DNA of 64,000 nucleotides from Lobosporangium transversale (Eukaryota): NCBI RefSeq assembly GCF_002105155.1, contig NW_019028981.1, positions 992,001 to 1,056,000 of the forward strand, read 5' to 3'. Shown piece by piece: positions 53,320 to 63,872 of this stretch (position 1 is its first letter; each line of letters starts with the position of its first letter). The notes under the pieces were generated by a model. It saw only the letters and a program-made list of their open reading frames with translations, ran no database searches and was not told where the DNA came from. The position numbers and the translations under genes were made by a program.

Positions 53320-54837
53320 CACTGGAGATGTAATTGTATAATTGTCTCCCGTCCTCTTCTTATGATTAGCAATTGCTTTGATATGTGTGTTTTCCTTCTT
53401 CCTGATCCTGCTCGAGTCTGACGATACAAGAAGTAAAAAATAAAAAAATAAAAAAATAAAAAAAAAAAAGATGGGAATGTGGGATTAGACAAAAAAAGAT
53501 GATGTGTATGGTGGGAAAATGAAGTGGACCAACCAATCAATATTGTGTGACCAAATTATCTTTAGTGGTGTGCTCTCAAACATTTCAAGATTGATGTCCT
53601 TTTTGTCCCACCACGTGAGAGAGAACAAAAAGAGGAAGGTGAGAAAGCAAAGGCAATCATAGTAGAAAATCAATCTACACTCCGTTGAAGGAAAAGAAGG
53701 AAGATGTTAAAGGAGAGTAGCATGATCTTATCTAAGTCCTAGTACCTGATTATATCATTCCTTGAACATGAAGAGCAAGCGTTATTAGCAGATGGATATA
53801 GTGCTGATGAGGGATGTAACAATATGCAGTTGGCTCCAGCTGTTCCTAGAAAACGTGCATCAACACATTTGAATAAAAAATATGGGTTCATTGAATTTTA
53901 GTGGCCATTTTAAAGACTACTTTGTAAATAATACTGTTGAACGCGTCAACTATTTTTCTCTAGGAAAACATGTTGGAAGCCATTAAATATTTGATCCGAA
54001 TTTCAAGAACAATGCTTGTCCGTGGATCGATATCAACCTTTTTTACGTGCATTAGCATGTAAACAAATTAATAAATAAAATAATAAAAAAGGCTGTTGAC
54101 CAGAAGCTAGGAGAGTAGAAGAAACAAAAGATCCAGACCACTTTGGTTTTTATTTTTTCCTCTTTTCCTCGCTTCACGAGGTAGAAATGATCTTTAAGCT
54201 GAGACTTTACTGTTGCTTTGTCACCTATTTTGTCTTCCTCAGAATGCAACAGCCCAAATGCACATGTATGTTAAAGTTAAACAATATAGAACTTTAAAGA
54301 TTTGGTGCAGCATTAAAGAATCGGATGCAATAAATTTAAGCTCCAGGTGGATGGGAGCTCAAAGATTCAGGTCATTCCAGAATCCAGAATAGAGCCCAAC
54401 CAAACTGAGAATTCTCTACCAACAAGTCCCTGAACTTTATTCGTGTCTAGCATATGTACTGTACATGTACTGTACATTCCTATTGCTAACCAAATTTATC
54501 TATTTCAAGCACAGTTTCTGTCGAAGAGAGTTTTAATTGTCTGTTCACGCTCTCATCTGATCCCTCTATTCCCAGGATTTGGAGCTGTTTCAAACCCACC
54601 AATCTCTGCACTTTACTTGAAAAGTTAACTTGTGCTTTACTTCCTAAAGATACAACAATTGTCCCTTCATTCCTCTCAATTCACTCATATGATTTCTATT
54701 ATTATTCAGCACCGAAATGCAAGCCTCTGACTCTGTCCCAATCCTAATATAGCACCCAACATGCGTATGTTAAGTACAAACAGATGTTGAGATTCTTGTG
54801 ATAAACAGGTAACGGCTCTTGTTGAATAGAAAGAAAA

Positions 54838-54845
54838 TATAAAAA
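54838..54845 (+). promoter_or_regulatory. Candidate TATA box of the orphan secreted-protein gene
   Basis: TATAAAAA about 100 nt upstream of ATG 54941, followed by a CT-rich leader. Confidence 0.5.
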
Positions 54846-54940
54846 GGAGGATATATCCCTGCTCCTAGGATTCTTCATTACAACTTCGATCCTCACCTCC
54901 TAGATCATTTTCTCCCCTGATTTGCTCCAAGCCTAACAAG

Positions 54941-56013
54941 ATGCTTTTTAAATCAGCTAAAGGTATTGTTGGGATCAACAACCGTCCTTTGCTCTGCCTT
55001 CATCTTAACATGCCTAAAGCTGCTTAATACTCTTTTGTGCGTTAAATACCGTAAAATACACTACTAACCAAAAGGTGATCATTTTTTTTTTCTTTATTTA
55101 CAAATATATAATTATGATTTTTCCAGTCGCTCTTGCCATAGCACTTCTCGGTACACCGGCCCTTGCTATCTCCCTCGAAACTGTCGGTACTGTCATTGGC
55201 AAGGCCTTCGACCTCTACAGTCTCATTTCAGCCGAAAAGTCCAAGACCGCCATTACTGCTCGAGGGGTGCTCGCTAGCGTTGACTTCTCTGGTGGATCAT
55301 CCCTAGGTGTCTGCTACCATGGTGGTGGGGGTGGTGGATGCACCTGGCTTTCGACTGACCCTAGTCTTACTGGAAATGGCGAATGCTGGCAATCTGGAAA
55401 GACAGCTATGAAGAAAAAGTCTATGGGCTCCGGCTTCAGAAACACGGTTATCGAGGTCCATGCTGAAAAGCATGCGCTTTGCATTGATCACTTGTCATTC
55501 AGCTATGGAAGTGGTGACATGCACCCCTATGACGAGAAGATCATTGTCACTGGAGATATGACATATGAGTGTGGTCATCACTGGGCTTATAACACCCACT
55601 CGACCGGGAACTACCAACACAAGTGCATGTTCATCGGTAACATTGGGTGGTTGCAATTCAAAAATACCTACTCGTTCAATGTCGAGAAACTGCGCACGTT
55701 CCGACAGAGTATGACCTCAGGTGTGATGCACGATGCCAGCAAGGGCTATGATGCGATGAAGGATGTCTGCAAGGGCATGTCAAGCTGGAAGAGAGATTCT
55801 CTGCCTGGCACCTACAATCGCTGCGATCTCTATGATGTGCTCACCCCTAGAAACAAGGTCAGCAACGCCCGCTACGATGGCAAGATCCCCAAGATCAAGA
55901 AAGTCAAGGTCTCAATGGAACAGCATAAGGCTAACCTTAAATCTAACCCCAACTATGTCGGCAATCCGGTCATCGATGGAGTTGTCGAAGTCGAAGTCTA
56001 TGACAGCGAGTAA
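54941..56013 (+). CDS. Secreted Cys-containing protein of unknown function; exons 54941-54962 and 55127-56013
   Basis: A phase-1 GT-AG intron gives the signal peptide MLFKSAKVALAIALLGTPALA. The mature region of about 280 aa has 8 Cys and many C/G-ending codons. Confidence 0.8.
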
Positions 56014-56269
56014 AGCATAAAAAGTATTCATATATTCCTCACTTTAGTTCCGTTAATCAGTAATAAGTATATATCAAAGGATCAAAAAGCAACGTCGCAA
56101 TGGTTCCTTATCTGCTACAAGCTAGCTATTATTAAAATCGGGCGAATCCCTTAAATACACTTACCCTATTTCAACGGCCAAATCAATCAAATGACCCAAA
56201 AATGATTTATATTTGGCAAGTCAACATTGTAGGTCTCTATTAGCACCAGAGCCTCTTGGCTATCGACCA

Positions 56270-56945
56270 AGGCTCCCTCGTTCATGAATGGCCAAAGTCG
56301 GGTTGGCTTTGCGTGCCTCTGACAATGCCATTCCATCAACCTCATACTGGTTGTCCCCAATTAAGTTGTCTCCCAAGTTCAGACTAGCCAAAGCTGTGTT
56401 AATCTTGAGTGCTTCTGATAGCGCAAAAGCTCCTACATCTCCAATTCAGTTACGTCACAAGCCCAACGTCGTCAAACTTGTGTTAGACTCCAGTGCCTCT
56501 GATAATGCCAGCGTCCTTCCTCCACTAATGAGTTGTTAGTCAAGTCCAAAGTGGTTAAAGTCGCATTAGGCTTGAGCGCCTCTAACAATACAAGAACCCC
56601 TTCATCTCCAATTGAGTCGTATCTCAAATTCAAGTCGTCAAAATCGTGCTAGTCTTGATTGCTTCTAGCAGTACTAGGCTCCTTCCCCCCAAGTGAACTG
56701 CTCCATACTTTCAGATCGGTCAAAGTTGTGTTGATCCTGAGTGTCTCTGACAGCGCTATAATTCTTTCTTTTCCAAATGAATTGTGACTCAAGTTCAACG
56801 TGATCAAAGCTGTGTTGCCCTTTAGCGCGTAAGATAATGCCAGAGCTCCATCATTTCCAACTGAGTTATGCCATAAATCCAAAATGAGCAAAGTTGTATT
56901 GACCCTAAGTGGCTCAAAAAGCGCCAGAGCTTCTTCAACCCACCT
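56270..56945 (-). pseudogene. Decayed RNI-like/NLRC3-type leucine-rich-repeat gene fragment
   Basis: 28-residue repeats (NTTLLILDLWHNSVGNDGALALSYALKG, NTALITLNLSHNSFGKERIIALSETLRI, NTALASLNLGDNLIG) broken by frameshifts and in-frame stops (TTLGL*RN*IGDVGAFALSEALK). Confidence 0.8.
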
Positions 56946-58992
56946 AGTGGTGCGAAGACCAATGTGACCATGCTAGACAGGAGAGTTATTTAAAGAGGTA
57001 TTGATTTTTATTCGGGCCTGACCACAGCTTATATAATTGTGTGTAATTGTTGTTTGTAGCAATTCTGCCTAAGGCGAGCCCCGGCAAAGCATTAGACTGG
57101 TGTGACCGTAAACGAAGCCACCCATACTCACAAGCAGTTTCCTTACTCTCTTCGTTTTCCTTTCTTTCTCAGGAGCACAGGCATGGAAGCTTATTATTAT
57201 TATTTCTTTCTTGTTTGCTTCCAGTGTTCTTCTCTCTTCAATGATGGACTCTACTGCGGCAAGCAGAACTTTTCAGAGTTGGCATATGTCAATTCTCTGC
57301 GCTTTTTTATATCTATGCTTTTTGTGTTTTTGTTGACTAAATAACCAAACGATATATTCTTTATTTCTGACGCTGACAATGTAACATGCCCTCTATATGT
57401 ACCCCATATATTACTCAATGTCAAGTTGCGGCAAGCGCTAGATTAATAAGCCATACCGCTCCCTAAATGCCAATTATCCATCTTTTTACCCATGGGAGTG
57501 TATGCACCTATATCTTTCTAACCTACGTTGCTTGCCTGCCTATCTTCTTTTGCTTTCCCGCCCATTCTACCTCCGCGGGAGCTACCCTCTGTTGGGCTGA
57601 ACTGTGCTATTGCAGAAATGAAGGTTAATAAACCGTGCCTTTGGGATCACCACAATACCAATTGTCATCTTTATCTGAAAATAATTAGGAATGCCAATCG
57701 AGATAACCCTGTACTTTGTTGAAAAATGGTTGCAGATGTGAGGTATATAGTCGGCTGCCGATCCTCCGACTGGTTTTCTAAGGGAGGTCGTTATGGGTCT
57801 TTTTTCTTCTATTTGATCAAGTTGTCGATGTTTGGCGATGGCTTACGCTTTAGTTTTTCTTTGAACTACTTCTGATATCCATATTTTCTTGTATCCACTC
57901 TTCCTAACTCATTAGGCTTGCTTACATTGGCCACAGTCCTTGTCCTTTTCAAAAATAGTCACTCCACAATACATGTGATTTAGTCGACCATGAATTACTG
58001 TGCAGTAAACGCCCGAATGCCGTATAGTTGCGCAGAAATAACCCAAAGCCAATAAGTAGAGGTGAATGTTGACCTTTCTCAAGGAAGTTATCATAGTTAT
58101 CTAGCCGAATGTGCAACTAGACACGTAAAAAGAAACAAATAAAAAAAAAAAAATGTGTACTAGATGGATGGACCAATAGGTTAGCAGGACAGATGAGATT
58201 GCATCCAGATCACGGTGCTTGACCATCATGCGAACAATTATGTCTTTCGCCTCGCCTTTATTTATTTTTACTAGATTACCACCTATAACCACGCGGTCCA
58301 CGAACGAAGAGGATGATAAGAGAACAGTGTGGCCCACTGATCTACTTTTCGTCACTTGCCAATGAGTGATAGGATTATAATACATACAACCATTCCCGAA
58401 ATCCATGTTCTAAGCATCTTTTACATTTGCATGCTTCTTCCTCTAGAAGCACGCTCGATGGAAAGTTTATGCAAGCTGTCTCCTTCATATTGATCAACCT
58501 AATAAGTTGAAGAGTATGCGTGTGCACGAACTGCGACAACATGGCACGAATTGCTTTTTCGAACTATGGTTGAACCCCTTTAACTTTGGTCAAGTAGAGC
58601 TGCCTTTAACCGAGAAATTTTCATTCAGCACCAGCTAGATAGTATTGACAAAACCAGAAAGCTATATTTTTGTGCCTGGCTAGGACTATTACTGAAACTA
58701 TAGAAAGTCTTTCACGATGGATTGGTCTGAGCCTGAGTGCTACCATCAAAATTTCAAAAATCCATATTGATTCACAAGGGAGAGCTTCATCTCTCAGACA
58801 AAAAATATCGATATGGAAGGGTTTCAATCTGTTTACTTTTGTTTTTTTTTAGTTGAACAGCTTTTCCCCATGGAAACAGGAATTTGATTTAATCATTGTA
58901 GCATCAAGAAAACATGGCTTAATTGTAGTCTATGTCGGTTTATTGTTGTTATTGTTGTTTTTACTTTTTTTTTTTAAAAAAATAAGGGCACG

Positions 58993-59286
58993 TTAAGGAT
59001 GGACAACTTCGATCCCTTTAGGGGCGCACCGGCATGTGTTGTTTCCGGAATAGCACGGCCATTTACCAGTACCTTTGACCTCTTTACATCTTTCAAAGTC
59101 GTATGGAGGACAAGCTATCTTAGTGCTAATAAGCCCGTACTGACCACAAGAACAGAAGTTGCAAAGATCATCGCAGATAAAGGTGGAGGGGCCATATGCC
59201 TTTATACATCTTTTATATGAATAGCCTGGGTTAGCTGCGACGAGGGAGGCAACCAACAATGTACAAAATACAATAAAAGACTTCAT
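58993..59286 (-). CDS. Small secreted 10-Cys protein, pacifastin-like, paralog A (97 aa)
   Basis: Signal peptide MKSFIVFCTLLVASLVAA; CNFCSC..G..STKIACP motif; 5'-UTR intron 59287-59402 ends immediately before the ATG. Confidence 0.85.
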   Translation of the reverse strand: MKSFIVFCTLLVASLVAANPGYSYKRCIKAYGPSTFICDDLCNFCSCGQYGLISTKIACPPYDFERCKEVKGTGKWPCYSGNNTCRCAPKGIEVVHP

Positions 59287-59606
59287 CTGGGTATAGGAGA
59301 GATTTTTTTTTTTTTTTTTTTTTAAAAAAATTATAATAAGTAAATCCAAGCAGAATAGCTCTACATGCGGCGAATAAGGGAAAGCAATGAAGGGTTCTCT
59401 ACCTTGGATTAAAACGAATAATGTCGAAGAAAGACAAAGAATGAGAGTGGAAAGCGGAGAGAAGAGAAGAGAGAAGAGAAGAGAATGAAGAAGTAGAGGT
59501 GTACAGCCCTCGATAGTCAAAGGACGCTTTTATATAAATTTAAGGGTGTATTGTAAAACATGGCCTTTAACTTGGAGCTTTTTTATTTTTGGAAGCTTCA
59601 GTGACT

Positions 59607-59900
59607 TTACAGAACGAGGATTTTTACTCCTCTAGGGGCACACCGGCACATATTGTTTCCGGCATTACACGGCCATGCACCAATGCCTTTGACCTTCTTG
59701 CATTTTTTGAAATCGTATGGAGGACAAGCTTGATCAGTGCTAACTAAACCATCCGGAGCGCACGCACAGGTGTTGCAGAGGTCATCGCAGGCAAAGGAAG
59801 AGGTACCATATGCCTTAATACATCTTTTATATGAATAATCTGGATACGCTGCGGCTAGAGAGGCAACTAGCATCGTGCAAAGTACAACACAAGGTTTCAT
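59607..59900 (-). CDS. Small secreted 10-Cys protein, pacifastin-like, paralog B (97 aa)
   Basis: Signal peptide MKPCVVLCTMLVASLAAA; CNTCACAPDGLVSTDQACP; 5'-UTR intron 59901-59995. Confidence 0.85.
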   Translation of the reverse strand: MKPCVVLCTMLVASLAAAYPDYSYKRCIKAYGTSSFACDDLCNTCACAPDGLVSTDQACPPYDFKKCKKVKGIGAWPCNAGNNMCRCAPRGVKILVL

Positions 59901-60050
59901 CTGGACATTGGGGGAGATTGAGAACAAAAAAATATACCCAATTAGTCAAGCTCTACATAGGGGCGAAAGGAGAAAAAGATCGGATGATTCCGTACTTAGT
60001 TAGAATTAAACTGAACGATTTTGAAGAGTGATAAATAGTGAAGAGTGAGA

Positions 60051-60177
60051 AGTGAAGAGTGAAGAGTGAAGAGTGAAGAGTGAAGAGTGAAGAGTGAAGA
60101 GTGAAGAGTGAAGAGTGAAGAGTGAAGAGTGAAGAGTGAAGAGTGAAGAGTGAAGAGTGAAGAGTGAAGAGTGAAGA
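60051..60177. repeat. Heptanucleotide tandem repeat (AGTGAAG)n, about 18 units, in the leader of paralog B
   Basis: Perfect tandem array directly visible. Confidence 0.95.
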
Positions 60178-60593
60178 GGAAATAGAGATGTAATGGCGTT
60201 TTTATAATCAAAGGGCATCCATTCTTAATATTTCATTATTTTACTTTTTATTTTAAAAAATCATTCATTTTTTGATCTTCTGAGTGACCTTCAGCTTACT
60301 TTCCGCTTTTTTGAGACCCTTGACCTATGATTTGGTTGCAGGATGTCCTCCGTTCTTAATGCTTTATGTTTGTCCAACTATTTGCTCACTATATCCCATC
60401 ATACATTAGGAGATACAGACATTAGCGGCTTCGTTTTGCCGATTGTGCATTTTAAACCCTCAATTAAAAAAAATATCTATTCTGTCCAATTCTTTCCGCA
60501 AAAGCCAAAAGCGAATGCGTGCATCAGGAGCTCTATAGATGTTTCTACCTTGTTGAAGGGTTCCATTTAATATTTTTAGGAACTTTATTGATT

Positions 60594-60887
60594 TTAAAGA
60601 CCACAAACTTCAATTCCTTCAGGGGCGCACCGGCATATGTTGTTTCCGGAATAGCACGGCCATTTACCAGTGCCTTTGACCTTTTTGCAGGTTTCGAAAT
60701 CGTATGGAGGACAAGCTTTTTCGGTGCTGATTAATCCGTACCGAGCGCACTTACAGATGTTGCAAAGATCATCGCAGACAAAGGAAGAGGGTCCATATGC
60801 TCTTATACATCTTTTATATGAATAGTTTGGCTTAGCTGCGGTGAGAGAGGCAACCAGCAATGCGCATAGTATAATAACAGGCTTCAT
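60594..60887 (-). CDS. Small secreted 10-Cys protein, pacifastin-like, paralog C (97 aa)
   Basis: Signal peptide MKPVIILCALLVASLTAA; CNICKCARYGLISTEKACP; 5'-UTR intron 60888-61005. Confidence 0.85.
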   Translation of the reverse strand: MKPVIILCALLVASLTAAKPNYSYKRCIRAYGPSSFVCDDLCNICKCARYGLISTEKACPPYDFETCKKVKGTGKWPCYSGNNICRCAPEGIEVCGL

Positions 60888-60903
60888 CTGCGCACAGAAT
60901 AGG

Positions 60904-60946
<43 letters not shown>

Positions 60947-61405
60947 CCCGATCAGTTAACCTCAACATGGCGACGGAAGAGGGGAAATATCGGAGGATTT
61001 TTTACCTTGAATCGAAATGAATAGTGTTGAAGAGACAAAGAGTGGAGAGCGAAGAATGAAGAAGTGAGGATGTAAAGCTGTCTTTATAAACAAAAGGAGT
61101 CCTTGTAAAGCTGTAAAACAACACAATGACCTTTGATCGCTCTACTTGCCTATGGCTGTAAGGATATTCTCCGTTCCTGTTCTTTACATCTGCTTAAGTA
61201 TTTATTTGCGGGATGCATGGGCTATAATCCAGTCTTGGGATCAGACGCATTAGTGACCTTGATTGCTACTACTCCGATTTTTATAAGCTCATGCTTCCAT
61301 CACACCCATTAGGATATATTTTCTTTCTCTTTTCCTTCTTTATTGTTGTCATTATTATTGTTACTAAAACAGATACTATCTATTGTTAAAAGTTTAAAAA
61401 GACTC

Positions 61406-63435
61406 TTACAGCAGATCTTCATCCTCTTCATCCTGATAGTAGTTGCGACTTGGCGGTACTCCGCCTTGCTGCCCATGTTGCTGTTGAGGATAAGGTTGTT
61501 GGCGTTGTGGTGGCTGTTGTTGATGATGAAAATGAGGTGCCGGTGCAGGAGCTGATGGCCCACCTGTTAGGGCTTGCCAGTCAGATTCACTACGTTCCTC
61601 TCCAGGGTGCATAGGGGCTTGGCCACCCATAGTAGGCGTAATATTGTATCCGCCACTAGAGATCGTACTGGGTTGCGTGTTATAACCACGAGACTCGGGT
61701 CGAGGTGGCTGTTGTTGGTAAGGATTCGGCTGATGTGAAAGATGAGGTGGCTGTTGATGGGAGTAGGGTTGGTTTCCATTATGAGGTGGCTGCTGTTGCT
61801 GATATCCACTGTTACCATTGTTGCTGTTGCTATTGCTGTTGTAGACCCCGCTGGGAGGACCGGGGGAAGGGTTTTGTGGACCAGAAGATGGATCAACATA
61901 TCCACCTCCCGAGATGAGATCACTCGAAATAACAATATTACGGGCGAGACGAGCGACCTCATTATCGAGGAAGCCAACATGTTGGCGCGCAGCGGCCTGA
62001 TTGTAGTAATTTTGGTCGCGGTGCTCAAATGCATCTAGCATGGCATGTGCTACTGCAGACTCCTCGGAGCGAATAAATCCATCAACGCTTTTTTTTTTTT
62101 TTTTTTTTTTTTTTTTGAAAGAAAACAAAAATATGTAAGCGGAGGGATGATCATTAAAAAATAATAATAATAATAAAAGCGACCCAATTCACTAAAAATA
62201 ACTGCAGCGAAGGGAGAGATCCTTACGCACAAAACTCCTGGAATCTTTTGCCGGCTTCGACTTCGTCTCCTGCTGCGAGCTGTACAATAACAATACTCAA
62301 AAGGGTTTTGTAATATGCATGTTTGTTGGCAGAGTCACTCTGCACCTTTCCAAGTCGAAGCAAAATCTCGGTTGCCTTCTCATATCTGCATTGGATTAAA
62401 ATCAGTAAGCTAACTCACTAATTCAGGCGCATTGGTAAATCACAAAAAAACCTGCAGATTTCTTACCTCTTGTTTCTGACGAGAAGAGCAATGGTTCGCT
62501 TATATGTGTCTGTGGCATATTTGGCACGGTCCTCACTTTCATATATGTTGCAGGCTCCGATATACAAATCCATGGCAGCATCTACAGAAATGGGTTCCAT
62601 AGCTCTATTGTTTTGACAAGAGATGTGTTTTGCCATAGGTGAGGATTTAAACAATAATATGTTGATGGCACATAGTAAACGCCTTTTAACACCATAACAG
62701 AGTTTGTCTCTCTTCACGTACTTCGCGCCCTTTTCCAACATTTCCGCAGCACGATCAGGGGTCATGTTTTGGATAAATAATTCACTAGCACGCTTGAAAA
62801 TGTCTGCGGCACGTTCGGGTTGTCCCAGGTTCTGCAGACATACATTTCCAGCGTTTTCGAGAGCACGACCCGCCATGAAGAAACTATGTAGAGTGATCAA
62901 AAATAAATAAACAAATATATATAAAGAATAATGAATCAGAAAGAGATGATAGAAAAAGCACAGAAATGTGGAATTTTACTGGATACTACTTTAGCGGAAC
63001 CATACCTAGTGGCATTGACCATAGCATCAGAGGCTTTGATAAAGGCTTGAACTGACTGCTCATATGACTTCCCAGCTTTGAATGATTGCGCTGAAAGGAT
63101 TAAAACAAAACAGAATGTATGAGTGATACAGGTTCAAGTGTGCACATTGAGCTGCATGGTACCTCGCAATTTGGCTGAATACCTTACCTGCTTTCTCGTA
63201 GTATTGCGCAGCAATATCCCAGTCCGGTTTCTTAAAGAAGCTCTTTTGGGTGCTGTGGCACAGAAAGGATGAAGAAATGACATGCGATGAGACTCATGGC
63301 GTTATGCATTCATTTGACCACATGTTATTTCACAGAATGTTTGTGATAAAAGACAAGCAAATGGCAATACTTTTTCTCTGCCTCATGCATGAACTTGATG
63401 GCATCCTTGAGACGCGATTCTTCCAATGCTGCCAT
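61406..63435 (-). CDS. NAPG: Gamma-soluble NSF attachment protein (gamma-SNAP) with Q/P/N-rich C-terminal insertion; multi-exon
   Basis: MAALEESRLKDAIKFMHEAEK...SFFKKPDWDIAAQYYEKAAQSFK; FFMAGRALENAG; TPDRAAEMLEKGA; FLDNEVARLAR; acidic end DEEDEDLL*. Confidence 0.85.
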
Positions 63436-63644
63436 GATAGCTGTGTTTGTTGAATTTGAAAAAAAATAGTGGATGTGGTGACGAAGAAAGAGACTAAGGA
63501 GACGTTTGCATCATCAATTTGGAGTTGGGCGACAACCGATTCAGCACAGCCCATTTTGTCCTAGAGTGGCTTTTGCTTTTGATCAAGTTGCCTTTTCTTT
63601 TTCTTTTTTTTTTTTACATCCTTACCCACCTTCAGAAAGAAAAT

Positions 63645-63872
63645 ATGGACTCTGATTCAGGCTCGGATTACGGCGATGTGCCCAACTACCCCCGAAGTTT
63701 ACCCAACATTCTCATTACAGGGACGCCTGGGACAGGCAAGACTACTACTTCGGAAATGGCAGCTGAAGCGACTGGTCTGACCCATCTTAACGTTGGCGAC
63801 TTGGTTAAAACAAAATCTCTACATGAAGGACTCGATACTGATTTTGATAGCTATATTCTGGACGAAGACAAG
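63645..63872 (+). CDS. FAP7: Adenylate kinase 6 / Fap7, first exon only (gene continues past the window)
   Basis: PNILITGTPGTGKTT P-loop, HLNVGDLVK..LHEG.D..FDSYILDEDK, followed by a GT donor at 63873. Confidence 0.9.

Noticed and set aside
58101..58406. ORF starting MDFGNGC, suggesting a kinase DFG motif
   Set aside because: No other kinase subdomains nearby; a three-residue match is chance level.
59208..59213. KR dipeptide before the first Cys of the Cys-rich paralogs as a Kex2 site
   Set aside because: It aligns with ER/KK/ET in the second internal repeat, so it is more likely part of the domain. Not excluded.
59996..60218. LHSSLFT-repeat ORFs, or a CRISPR-like array
   Set aside because: A pure 7-nt tandem repeat with no spacers, in a eukaryotic gene leader.
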